NCBI GenBank assembly: GCA_965209055.1
Contig: OZ242374.1
Location: forward strand, 338,713-402,712
Source of the DNA: Acidobacteriota bacterium
GTDB taxonomy: Bacteria; Acidobacteriota; UBA6911; RPQK01; JAJDTT01
Direction: 5' to 3'
DNA: 64,000 bases
How positions within the stretch are numbered: the stretch's first letter is position 1; every line of letters begins with the position of its first letter. The notes under the pieces were generated by a model. That model saw only the letters and a list, made by a program, of their open reading frames with translations, did not search any database and had not been told where the DNA came from. Position numbers and translations under genes: made by a program. This document shows positions 55,649 through 64,000 of this stretch, in pieces.

Positions 55649-57405
55649 AAGAGGTGGCGGGCCTTCCGTTCCGGGGCGCTTGTCCACGGCCCGCGGGCAG
55701 GCTGCTGGCCATCCTGCTTTGTGGAGCCCTTGCCGGGCCTTCTCTCGGGGCTCAAGACCCGTCGACGCCAACTCCCCTTTTCTCGGAAGTGGCCTCCCAG
55801 GTGGGGCTGGATTTCAAGCACTTCAATGGAGCCGGCGGAAACTTTTACATCCCTGAAATCGTGGGCTCGGGAGCCGCCCTGTTGGACTACGACGGCGACG
55901 GCGACCTGGACGTCTACCTGGTGCAAGGTGCGATGCTGGAACCGGGCAAGACTCCCTCCGAGTCCTGGTTTCCTCCAGGTCCCGGGTGGAGGCCGGGGCA
56001 CCGGTTGTATCGAAACGAGCTGATCCCCGGGGGAAGTCTCAAGTTCAGGGAGGTGACCGCCCAAGCCGGGGTCGACTCGGTCAGCTACGGGATGGGAGTG
56101 GCGGTCGGAGATTACGACAACGATGGAGACCTTGACCTTTACCTGACCAACTACGGACCCAATCTCTTGTATCGCAACAACGGAGACGCGACCTTCACCC
56201 CAATGAAGGGAATGGGAGCCGAGGATTCCCGCTGGACCACCAGCGCCGCCTTTCTGGACTACGACCGCGACGGCGACCTCGACTTGTTCGTGACGAATTA
56301 TGGAAATTTCACCGTCAAGGGAAACAATCCCTGCCACAACAAGATGGGCCTCCGGGATTATTGCGGTCCCAGTGGCTATCGGCCCATCCCGGATCGTCTC
56401 TTCCGGAACGAGAGGGGCCGGCAATTTGTTGACGTGACAGAGGATGCCGGGTTGGGGGCCGCCTTTGGAACCGGGTTGGGAGTCATTTGCGCCGATTTCA
56501 ACGCTGACGGGTGGACGGATATCTACGTCGCCAATGACAGAACTCCCAATCAGCTCTGGCTCAATCGGGGTAACGGAAGCTTTGAAGAGGCGGGGTTGTT
56601 CTCAGGGACGGCGTTCAACGTCGACGGCCATGCCGAAGCCAGCATGGGGGTCACGGCCGCCGATTTCAACAACGACGGCAGCGAAGACCTCTTCATGACC
56701 CATCTGACGGAAGAGACCCATACCCTCTATCTGAACGATGGCGCCGGCGGTTTTTCCGACCAGACCAGCCGTTTCGGATTGACCCGGGTTGAAAATTACA
56801 CCGGTTTCGGCACCCAGTGGTTCGACTACGACAATGACGGGCACCTGGATCTGTTCATGGCCAACGGTGCGGTGCGAATGACGCGGCTGGCCGAACCGGC
56901 CGATTATGCCTACGATCAGATCAACCAACTGTTCCATAACGAGGGAGACGGGAACTATCGGGAAACGACCGCCGAGGCGGGAGCGGCGCTGCAACTGTCG
57001 GAAGTGAGCCGCGGCGCGGCCTTCGGCGACATGGACAACGACGGTGACGTGGACATTCTGGTCACCAACAACAACGGGCCGGTGCGGTTGCTGTTGAACG
57101 GGACCGGGTCGCGGCATCACTGGCTGCAGGTTCGACTGCAGGGGGTGCAAAGCAACCGCTACGGGGTCGGAGCGAGGGTGGGAGTGCAGCGCCAGGGTCA
57201 GAGGACGTTATGGCGCCGCGCACATACCGACGGCAGCTATCTGAACGCCAACGACCATCGGGTGCACTTCGGCTTGGGCCGGAACCAGGAGGTCGAGGCC
57301 GTCATCGTCCACTGGCCCGGCGGCGGCAGCGAGAGTTGGGAAGGGGTGGAAGCGGACCGGTTGGTCACCCTCCAGGAAGGCTCCGGAAGGCCGTGGAAGC
57401 CGTAG
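55645..57405 (+). CDS. CRTAC1 family protein, copy B
   Basis: By eye it is about 90% identical in protein sequence to copy A. For example, DNA at 57121-57239 matches the reverse complement of 36061-36180 with a single mismatch. Confidence 0.85.
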   Translation: MKEVAGLPFRGACPRPAGRLLAILLCGALAGPSLGAQDPSTPTPLFSEVASQVGLDFKHFNGAGGNFYIPEIVGSGAALLDYDGDGDLDVYLVQGAMLEPGKTPSESWFPPGPGWRPGHRLYRNELIPGGSLKFREVTAQAGVDSVSYGMGVAVGDYDNDGDLDLYLTNYGPNLLYRNNGDATFTPMKGMGAEDSRWTTSAAFLDYDRDGDLDLFVTNYGNFTVKGNNPCHNKMGLRDYCGPSGYRPIPDRLFRNERGRQFVDVTEDAGLGAAFGTGLGVICADFNADGWTDIYVANDRTPNQLWLNRGNGSFEEAGLFSGTAFNVDGHAEASMGVTAADFNNDGSEDLFMTHLTEETHTLYLNDGAGGFSDQTSRFGLTRVENYTGFGTQWFDYDNDGHLDLFMANGAVRMTRLAEPADYAYDQINQLFHNEGDGNYRETTAEAGAALQLSEVSRGAAFGDMDNDGDVDILVTNNNGPVRLLLNGTGSRHHWLQVRLQGVQSNRYGVGARVGVQRQGQRTLWRRAHTDGSYLNANDHRVHFGLGRNQEVEAVIVHWPGGGSESWEGVEADRLVTLQEGSGRPWKP

Positions 57406-57456
57406 ACAGCAAATCAGACGCTATCGCGATTTCTTGGGGCGCTTCACTGTGGATCG

Positions 57457-59142
57457 TCATCGGATCCCGGTTCCTTCACGGACGGAGATGACTCGGCCTG
57501 CCTGGACGTCTTCAAACCTCTGCCGGCTGCCGCTGGGCCACTGGATCTCGATCCACTCGGCCCGCCTCTCCTTGCCGAGGCCGAAATGCACACGCAGTCC
57601 ATTACTCGAGTAGTAACTGGAGGCGCTCCGCACCTCATCGGTTTGGATTCGTCCTCCGGCTGCCACTTGAATCCGCGCGCCAATGGCACTGCGGTTGCTT
57701 CCTTCACCTTCCAGTTCCAGGATGAGCCAGTTGTTCTCTGAAGCGCTTTCGTTGACCAGCAAAGAAGGGGTGTCATTCAGGTTGACTGCGACGATATCCA
57801 GATCCCCGTCACCATCCAGATCCTCGAATGCGACGCCTCGCCCGGCCGATTTCGCGGCAATGGCGTCTCCGGCTTGATTGGAGGCGTTTCCAAAGCTGCC
57901 GTCACCTTGATTCCGGTAGACCAATCGCTGCTGCCGATAGGTGATTTCAGAAGGGTGGCGGTCCACTTCGGGATAAACGTGCCCGCTGGCGATAAACAGG
58001 TCTTTCCAACCGTCGTTGTCAAAATCGACCAATCCCGTGCCCCAACTCAAGTATTGGGTGTCTTTGCCCAGCTTGGCCAGATAAGTCGTGTCGGTGAATG
58101 TGGAGTTTCCGTCGTTGCGGTATAGGGTGGACGTGTCGTCGGAGAAATTGGTCACCAACAGATCCAGGTGTCCGTCCAGATCGTAATCCGCAGCCGCGAC
58201 TCCCATGCCGGCCTGCTCTCTTCCGTTGTCGCTGAGGGCCACGCCCGAGATCATTCCCACATCCTCAAACGTGCCATCGCGGTTGTTCCGGTAAAGGATG
58301 TTGGGGGTGGTGTCGCAGGCGACATAAAGGTCCGTCCAGCCGTCCTCGTCAAAATCGAGCGTGATCGGCATGAGACAATAAAACCCTTCGGCACGGGTGA
58401 TGCCGCTGGCCGCGGTGACGTCGCTGAAAGTGCCGTCTCCATTGTTGCGAAACATGATATTGGCCGATGGCTTGAGCCCCAGCGGACCACACATGACGGC
58501 GATGCCCCTCCACATGCAGTTGGCGCCGGAGCCGGGCTCGTACCGGGTGGCGTCGGCATAGTCCACATAATTGGCTACGAAAAGGTCCAGGTCGGCGTCG
58601 CGGTCATAATCCAGGAAGGTGCAGCCGGCGTTCCAACGCCGCTGGCCGCCGATCCGAGAGCTCTGCGAGATGTCTTCGAAGCTTCCGTTTCCCCGATTGC
58701 GGTAGAGCACGATCTCCCCGTAGTAGGTCACGGCAAGATCGGTCCATCCATCGTTGTCGATATCTCCGACGCAGACCGCCTGTCCCCAGCCCGAGCGCTT
58801 GAGGCCGGAAGGCGCCGTCACGTCTGAAAAACGGCCGTTTCCGAGATTTCGGTACAACACGTTGGAGGGAGGATCGCCGGAGGCGCCGTCCAGTCTGGAG
58901 CCGTTGACCAGGAAGATGTCGATCCGTCCGTCCCGGTCGTAATCGAAGGTGGCGGCTCCCGTCCCGGTCGTTTCCAGAATGTAGCGTTGCGACGCCACGC
59001 CTCCATAGACGACCGGAATATTCAGCCCGGACTCCCGGCTTCGATCGACGAACTGGATTGGGGCCTGGGCTGGAAGGAGGGTGTTGCCGGCCACGAGTCC
59101 AAGGAGCAACGTCGCGACGATTCGAAGCGTAGTCGTCATCAT
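57457..59142 (-). CDS. CRTAC1 family protein, divergent third copy
   Basis: Signal peptide MMTTTLRIVATLLLGLVAGNTLLPAQA. FG-GAP/VCBS-type loops (DYDRDGRID, DIDNDGWTD, DYDRDADLD, DFDEDGWTD, DYDLDGHLD, DFDNDGWKD, DLDGDGDLD). UnbV/ASPIC-like C-terminus (SNRSAIGARI...HFGLG...IQWPSG). Confidence 0.85.
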   Translation of the reverse strand: MMTTTLRIVATLLLGLVAGNTLLPAQAPIQFVDRSRESGLNIPVVYGGVASQRYILETTGTGAATFDYDRDGRIDIFLVNGSRLDGASGDPPSNVLYRNLGNGRFSDVTAPSGLKRSGWGQAVCVGDIDNDGWTDLAVTYYGEIVLYRNRGNGSFEDISQSSRIGGQRRWNAGCTFLDYDRDADLDLFVANYVDYADATRYEPGSGANCMWRGIAVMCGPLGLKPSANIMFRNNGDGTFSDVTAASGITRAEGFYCLMPITLDFDEDGWTDLYVACDTTPNILYRNNRDGTFEDVGMISGVALSDNGREQAGMGVAAADYDLDGHLDLLVTNFSDDTSTLYRNDGNSTFTDTTYLAKLGKDTQYLSWGTGLVDFDNDGWKDLFIASGHVYPEVDRHPSEITYRQQRLVYRNQGDGSFGNASNQAGDAIAAKSAGRGVAFEDLDGDGDLDIVAVNLNDTPSLLVNESASENNWLILELEGEGSNRSAIGARIQVAAGGRIQTDEVRSASSYYSSNGLRVHFGLGKERRAEWIEIQWPSGSRQRFEDVQAGRVISVREGTGIR

Positions 59143-59169
59143 TCTGAACTCGTCGACGCTGCGGCTGGC

Positions 59170-59334
59170 CTATTCGATTCCCCTGAAGATCTCTTCCGAC
59201 TCGAATGTGGTGACCCCATTCTGGCGGGTGAATTGTGGGTGACGCTTCAGCCATCCCACGCTCTTCGTCGTCTTGCGACCGAAGTGGGGACAGGTCAGTG
59301 GTAGGTCGAATTCGTCGAATCGGGAATCTGGCAT
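59170..59334 (-). CDS. Small hypothetical protein (54 aa)
   Basis: The internal ATG at 59334 has a strong SD (GGAGGAG, 5 nt upstream): MPDSRFDEFDLPLTCPHFGRKTTKSVGWLKRHPQFTRQNGVTTFESEEIFRGIE. No family recognised. Confidence 0.45.
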   Translation of the reverse strand: MPDSRFDEFDLPLTCPHFGRKTTKSVGWLKRHPQFTRQNGVTTFESEEIFRGIE

Positions 59335-59363
59335 CGGCTCCTCCGCTCTTCTAGGCACTGCCG

Positions 59364-59420
59364 GTTGACGGAGACGAGAGTAGCATGTATAGCATGAGCG
59401 GCATGTCAACGCTGTTGACA
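59364..59420 (+). promoter_or_regulatory. Sigma70-like promoter candidate followed by a 7-3-7 inverted repeat (possible operator)
   Basis: TTGACG (59364-59369), a 17-nt spacer, then TATAGC (59387-59392). TGTCAAC-gct-GTTGACA follows at 59404-59420. The element points toward hicB, about 230 nt downstream. Confidence 0.3.
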
Positions 59421-59652
59421 CGCCACCTGGGAGGAAGGATGAGGATGCAAGGCCCGCCCATGCCCCGCAAACGTCGTGCGATTGGTCACGACCAGCCAGT
59501 CAGGGTTGATCCCTCTCCCGAGCACGCGGCCAAGATCCTCGTTGACGCGAAGCCAGAATCCCGTGACCAATGGCGCTACTTTCGGGATCCAGGTCAGCCG
59601 GAGTCTTGATTCGAGTAGACTGGATCGGAGGACACTAGGAGGACCGACAAAG

Positions 59653-60063
59653 ATGAGGATTGCCCCGTCCGATCTTCCATTGCCCGTTCTCATCTATCCA
59701 AATGAGGAGGACGGTGGATGGACTGCGCTTTCCTTGGAGATGGATATTCGTGCATACGGAGACACTCCAGAGGAAGCGCTAGACGAATTGAGTGATTTGG
59801 TTCATGTCCAAATCAGCTTCGCTGTTTTTAAGGACGACCCCTCATTAATCTGGAAACGTGCTGACCAAATCTGGTTTGATCGATTTGCCGAAGCGTTTGC
59901 CCGCCAGCAGTGGGAAAGACTTGTTATGAGTCAGGAGGTCGTTGCTGAGCCTGGTGAGGTCACTTTGTCTATGGTTCCTGGTTATACGGCGTCTGGAATG
60001 CCCATGCCAGCTCCGCACGTTATTGCGGAAATCAAGCGCCAATTCCAGGTTGCCCATGCCTAG
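59653..60063 (+). CDS. hicB: HicB-family antitoxin
   Basis: SD AGGAGG lies 11 nt upstream of ATG 59653. GGWTALSLEMDIRAYGDTPEEALDELSDLVHVQI matches the HicB/UPF0150 core (GG[YW].A....L.G....G.T.EEAL). Confidence 0.7.
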   Translation: MRIAPSDLPLPVLIYPNEEDGGWTALSLEMDIRAYGDTPEEALDELSDLVHVQISFAVFKDDPSLIWKRADQIWFDRFAEAFARQQWERLVMSQEVVAEPGEVTLSMVPGYTASGMPMPAPHVIAEIKRQFQVAHA

Positions 60064-60289
60064 TCCTCGGAAATATCGGGAAATCGTAAAGCGTCTAAGA
60101 AAATTCGATCCGAGATTTGAGTTTTGGGATGAAAGGGGCAAAGGCAGCCACCGCGTGATCTACCACCCAAATATCAATGGAGCATCGAGGTCCTATCCGG
60201 TCAAGTGTCATGGCATGAATACCGAAATTTCTGGCCCGGTAATCGCCGATATATCCAGGCGGTTCAATTTACCAAGGGGTGTTCTCTAG
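60056..60289 (+). CDS. hicA: HicA-family mRNA interferase toxin
   Basis: 77 aa: KYREIVKRLRKFDPRFEFWDERGKGSHRVIYHP...YPVKCHGMNTEISGPVIADISRRFNLP fits the HicA/YcfA pattern (GSH...H.). It overlaps hicB by 8 nt. Confidence 0.75.
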   Translation: MPSPRKYREIVKRLRKFDPRFEFWDERGKGSHRVIYHPNINGASRSYPVKCHGMNTEISGPVIADISRRFNLPRGVL

Positions 60290-60327
60290 TCTGCCAGATC
60301 CTCTTACGGTAGCCGCTTCAAATCCTT

Positions 60328-60445
60328 CTAACGCACCACCGTTCCCCTCTGACCCAGCGTGTCCAGCTCTCCGACTTTTTGACGACCGGAAAACTCATTG
60401 ACATAGCGTCGCAGGCGCGTGTCGCTCACGTCTTGATGTGCTGGG
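60328..60445 (-). mobile_element. C-terminal fragment of an IS1595-family (ISXO2-like) transposase gene
   Basis: It encodes ...AHQDVSDTRLRRYVNEFSGRQKVGELDTLGQRGTVVR*. The HL.RYVNEF.GR.N.R..DT..QM tail is characteristic of this family as I recall it. No upstream DDE region is present. Confidence 0.5.
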
Positions 60446-62111
60446 CTTGACTGGACGTCAAGACCTGCAGATTGCGCCAACGAGCCGTGACACCTTGTCC
60501 GAAGAGGGAGTGCCGGTATTGGGAATCGAGTCCCGGGACAACGCCTCCCCTCCCGTCGGGACGATCGTCCAGCAAGGTGAAGATGGCCATGAGGACCCGG
60601 AACCGGGCGGGCAGAACGATGGGAGCCGAGGGCTCGTCGATAGTGGCGACCCATTGGACTTCGCGAACGATCCGGCCGTCCACCAGCCATTGGGCGTGGT
60701 CGGGAGCCGCTTCCAACCAGCCGTCCTCTCCCGGCTGATAACGAATTTCGTAGCGGTGCCACGAACCGGGCTCAATCGTCAGATCGGTCAGCAGCGGATC
60801 GATCATGGGCAGAGTCGAGTCTTCGCCCGTGGGTGATTTCACCTGGAAATGTTCGCGCAACGCCATGATGCGGTGATTTGATACCCCGAAATTCAAAATC
60901 ACTCCGGTGGTGTTGTCGATCAGGGCGATGGCCCCGTTTCCCAACCTGGGATCATCCGGATCCGCTCCGAAAGGATTGGCTTCGGTCCCGTTCACCTCAA
61001 CGCAGAGGTCTACGGAAACGGAAAGGCCCTCGCCCGTGGGATAGCGCCGATCGCTCACGAACATGGCTTTCACGTGGTCGAGAGGATTGTCGAACCCAAG
61101 CGTAAAGGTGGGGATCTCGATCTTCAGCTCGGGCGTTTCCGAGGTCGGCAGGGTCACGGTGGCTGTCGGATCGAGCATCTGGTGGCCGTTCACTTGGGGA
61201 ATGCTCCAGCCTCGGCCGATCAGAGGCGAGCCCGTCGACCAATCCGTAAAATCACGGCCTTCCCCTTCCATCATGTAGGGAGGCTGCGGGAGTGCCCGCC
61301 AGACATCGACCGTTTTGGGTTCGTTGGTCCAATTCAGGGGCCGGTAGGTTTCGTCATCCCAGATCTGGTCCACCTCCAAGGTCAGTTCGATCACGTTTCC
61401 GGCGGGGTCGGGGATGTAAATGAAGATGTTGTGCCCGGGACCGTGACGGCCGGGGCCGTAGATGATGGGAACGTCATTCTTCCAAAGATGATCACAGAAC
61501 TTTTTCAGTTCGCTCCAGTCGGCCAGGTCATAGGCATAGTGGTTCACCTTGGTCCGGCCGGTTTGGAGGAAGGCGACGCCGTGGTGCTGCTGGTTGCACC
61601 GCATCCAGATGGCTGAGTTGTCCACGGTGTCCGAAACGCGGAATCCGAGGACATCCGTATAAAAGGCGGCGCAACGCGGAAGGTCGGCGGTCATGAACGT
61701 GATGTGGCCGAACCCGACCGGCCGGACTTCACGCGGCTCCAACGGTTGATCCAGGGTTTGCATTCCTGCATAAAGCTCCACCCTGTTTCCGTCGGGATCG
61801 CGAAAACAAAGGCCGGATCCATGACCCGGTTCGGGGTAGTCCCGGGGCTCGGGCCGGAAACCTTGTGCCGCCAGCTCGTGCCCGGCTTGCTCCAAAGCCT
61901 GCTCATCCAACACTTCCAATCCGAGGTGATGCAGAGCCCGTTCGCCCGGGTAAATGGACAGGCAGTGGTGGTTGCGGTTACAGCGCAGGAACGCGGCGCC
62001 GTTGTCGCGGCCGCTCGTCTCGAGCCCGACGATTTTCTCGTAGAATTCGACGGTCTCCTCCACGTTGGGGACGCTGATGCCAACGTGAGTGAAGTTTCGC
62101 ACCCGAATCAT
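60426..62111 (-). CDS. Two-module VOC/extradiol-dioxygenase-like protein with an unassigned ~270-aa C-terminal extension
   Basis: FTHVGISVPNVEETVEFYEKIVGL, HHLGLEV, FGHITFMTADLPRCAAFYTDVLGF and NHYAYDL ... PDPAGNVIEL match a type I extradiol dioxygenase layout in the first ~290 aa. I do not recognise the remaining ~270 aa (DFTDWSTGSPLIGRGW...). Confidence 0.7.
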   Translation of the reverse strand: MIRVRNFTHVGISVPNVEETVEFYEKIVGLETSGRDNGAAFLRCNRNHHCLSIYPGERALHHLGLEVLDEQALEQAGHELAAQGFRPEPRDYPEPGHGSGLCFRDPDGNRVELYAGMQTLDQPLEPREVRPVGFGHITFMTADLPRCAAFYTDVLGFRVSDTVDNSAIWMRCNQQHHGVAFLQTGRTKVNHYAYDLADWSELKKFCDHLWKNDVPIIYGPGRHGPGHNIFIYIPDPAGNVIELTLEVDQIWDDETYRPLNWTNEPKTVDVWRALPQPPYMMEGEGRDFTDWSTGSPLIGRGWSIPQVNGHQMLDPTATVTLPTSETPELKIEIPTFTLGFDNPLDHVKAMFVSDRRYPTGEGLSVSVDLCVEVNGTEANPFGADPDDPRLGNGAIALIDNTTGVILNFGVSNHRIMALREHFQVKSPTGEDSTLPMIDPLLTDLTIEPGSWHRYEIRYQPGEDGWLEAAPDHAQWLVDGRIVREVQWVATIDEPSAPIVLPARFRVLMAIFTLLDDRPDGRGGVVPGLDSQYRHSLFGQGVTARWRNLQVLTSSQAQHIKT

Positions 62112-63001
62112 GACGCGTTCCTCACCTGCTCGATGACCGCTGCCAGATTCTGCTTCGATCTTCGTGTGCCTTCGGCAAGGTTTTCCAGCGTACTGGCTTC
62201 TTTTCGCTCGTACTCGATGGCCCAGATTCCGTCGAAGGAGTCCAAGAGCGTGCCGATGATGGGAGACCAGTCGATCTCACCCTCTCCGAAGGCCCGGTAT
62301 TCAACGCCCCTGGGTTTGTCAGGCGCTTGGGCGACGTCTTTCCAGTGCGTGTAGACGACTCGATCCTGCACCGCCAACAACGCTTGGTAAGGATCTTCTC
62401 CCCCAAAGGCGTAGTTGGCGGGGTCAAAGGTCACTCCGATTTCCCGGTGAGGGACCATGTCCAGGAGCTTCTTGAGGCCGGCGCCGGTGGCCGAGGTGCC
62501 GCCATGGTTTTCGATTCCCACGCGGATTCCCTTGCCCTTCAAATAATCGCCCAATTTGTTGAAGGCAACGGCCAGCGTCTCGTAGAGCGCGTCGGTCACC
62601 CGGTCCGGTGTCAGGACGTAGTGCTTGGAGTGGGTGAAATCGTGTTCCGTGAAGACCCGAATCACTTGAGCGCCCAGGACCTCTGCAATGTCGACCGCCT
62701 TCATGATCTCGGCGGAGCGATCCTCGGCGACCTCACCTGCGAGGCCGACCACGGCCCCGCTTCCGATGGCAGTCACTTGAACGCCGGCCGCCGTTGCCAG
62801 TTCCTTCACCCGGTCGAGTTCCCGGTCGGTGGCGTCCAGCGAAACCCGATTCTTGGCTTCGCCCTCCTCGAACCATCCGGCGTCGATTTCGACCGCCGGC
62901 GTGCCGATCCTGTGACAAGCCTCGAAAAATTCCGGAAAGCCGTACTCCCGGAAGCCGTAGGCTGCGTTCCCGAATCGAATCGGAGGTGTTGCATCTGTCA
63001 T
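62108..63001 (-). CDS. Sugar phosphate isomerase/epimerase (xylose isomerase-like TIM barrel)
   Basis: 297 aa with the TIM-barrel family look (IGTPAVEIDAGW..., GIRVGIENHGG, WAIEYE). ATGA overlap with the downstream VOC gene. Confidence 0.7.
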   Translation of the reverse strand: MTDATPPIRFGNAAYGFREYGFPEFFEACHRIGTPAVEIDAGWFEEGEAKNRVSLDATDRELDRVKELATAAGVQVTAIGSGAVVGLAGEVAEDRSAEIMKAVDIAEVLGAQVIRVFTEHDFTHSKHYVLTPDRVTDALYETLAVAFNKLGDYLKGKGIRVGIENHGGTSATGAGLKKLLDMVPHREIGVTFDPANYAFGGEDPYQALLAVQDRVVYTHWKDVAQAPDKPRGVEYRAFGEGEIDWSPIIGTLLDSFDGIWAIEYERKEASTLENLAEGTRRSKQNLAAVIEQVRNAS

Positions 63002-63109
63002 CGGCGAATCTCCTGGAAATGAGAATCTATTTCACTTGAGGATACAACAGTTTAGAGGCCACGCCAGCGCAGTCCTTCGTCAGCGCGGCGAACCGGCCAG
63101 ATCCAGACT

Positions 63110-64000
63110 CTAAACCTGATGAACATAACGGGAAATCCTCTTCATCGGGGCTTTGTCACCTTTGTAGAACTCCCTCAAATAGAGCGGATACCCTCTCCTG
63201 ACGGGAATCTTGGCGCCATCGTCCGAGGCCATCAGTTTCCAGGCGAATTTGTCCGGCCGCGGCGAAATGTCAACCAAGGTATTTCCTTTGAATTGGCAGG
63301 TGTATTGAATCTCGTAGGTGGGCGCGGTGTGGTATTCCGTGGTCGCCACCATGGGAAACGTCAGGGTCACTTCATCACCAGGGCGCAATCGATCCACCAG
63401 GACATTGTTGCCCGACCATGCCGGCGAGATGCTTTTCTGATTGACCTTGCACTGTACCGCTCTCGTGTCCGCCCAGGCGGGAATGCGCACACTCAGCTTT
63501 GTTGCCGTCTTGATCTTGAATCCCACCTTGCCCTCGTAGGGCAGGTAGCTGTCGATATCGACCCAGGGCGACGCCCGGTTCAAGAGCAGGTTCACCTGGG
63601 CCAGCCCCTGATTGTATTGGACGATGGAATTCCAGGCTTCGTAAAGCCCCACCGGGGCGTTGGCATTGCAGCACATCGTCCACCAGGCATGCAGCATGGT
63701 GGGATCGGAGACGGAAGCAAACCCGCCCAGTCCTCTCTCGATGACTTGCTCGTCCGACTCAATTTCACGGTTGAGGGGATGCTCGACGGCGGTCTCAATG
63801 ATTTTTTCGATCAGGTCGCGACGCAACATCTGACTCTCGATCAGGTGATTTCGCACGTATTGGTCGACATCGTCCCAGTAATCGCCGATCCCGGCCTGGC
63901 TGAGCCGGCAGGCGATATAGACCATGTCTCCGATCGAGCAGGTCTCGCACACTTGAGCCGACCCCCCGTAGGCCCGCCGGTTGGCCTGTTGGATCTTCTC
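63110..64000 (-). CDS. GH127/DUF1680-like (beta-L-arabinofuranosidase family) protein, 5'-truncated by the window edge
   Basis: ETCSIGDMV (the ETC block) and C-terminal LSVRIPAWADTRAVQCKVNQKSI...RLRPGDEVTLTFPM resemble GH127 family C-terminal domains. The frame stays open to position 64000. Confidence 0.5.
   Translation of the reverse strand, partial: EKIQQANRRAYGGSAQVCETCSIGDMVYIACRLSQAGIGDYWDDVDQYVRNHLIESQMLRRDLIEKIIETAVEHPLNREIESDEQVIERGLGGFASVSDPTMLHAWWTMCCNANAPVGLYEAWNSIVQYNQGLAQVNLLLNRASPWVDIDSYLPYEGKVGFKIKTATKLSVRIPAWADTRAVQCKVNQKSISPAWSGNNVLVDRLRPGDEVTLTFPMVATTEYHTAPTYEIQYTCQFKGNTLVDISPRPDKFAWKLMASDDGAKIPVRRGYPLYLREFYKGDKAPMKRISRYVHQV

Noticed and set aside
59385-59609. A 74-aa ORF between the small divergent gene and hicB.
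   Set aside because: It has no SD, its ATG lies inside the candidate promoter, and its composition is poor.

Overview
This is a 64-kb, visibly GC-rich bacterial chromosomal segment. I found no rRNA, tRNA or CRISPR array. The gene content (CarboxypepD_reg-type TonB receptor, GWxTD protein, CRTAC1/ASPIC proteins, many TPR proteins, multihaem cytochromes) suggests Acidobacteriota, by inference only. (1) Positions 1-10.5 kb form an integrase-bounded defence island. It carries a type III R-M operon whose mod and res genes are separated by an embedded MntA/HepT toxin-antitoxin pair. It also holds two unassignable genes (a tail-anchored 191-aa protein and a 456-aa AlbA_2/Schlafen-like protein) and a tyrosine integrase. 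(2) Positions 10.7-17.1 kb encode a Cys-type NAD-dependent formate dehydrogenase (FdsG-FdsB fusion plus FdsA) and gamma-glutamyltranspeptidase. (3) Positions 17.3-35.8 kb are mixed. They contain a decayed TA locus, two paralogous secreted beta-propeller proteins, a PhyH dioxygenase and an accessory patch. The patch holds an AAA/DUF4143 ATPase, scraps of a peptidase gene, an acyltransferase-3, a GPP34(GOLPH3-like)-cytochrome P450 fusion and an IS256 scar. The region also has a Tat-dependent oxidoreductase operon and an orphan VapB45-like antitoxin. (4) At 35.9-57.4 kb, two inverted TPR-CRTAC1 cassettes bracket about 15 kb. Stretches of the CRTAC1 genes I compared by eye are near-identical at the DNA level. 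The bracketed region encodes a GWxTD protein, two heptahaem cytochromes, TPR proteins, an aldolase, an isomerase and a TonB-dependent receptor. (5) Positions 57.4-64 kb hold a third CRTAC1 gene, a low-GC hicBA module next to an IS1595 scar, an extended extradiol-dioxygenase-like protein, a TIM-barrel isomerase and a partial GH127-like gene. A 27-nt hairpin repeat occurs as tandem pairs at two convergent gene ends. All family assignments come from motif recognition by eye; no searches were run.
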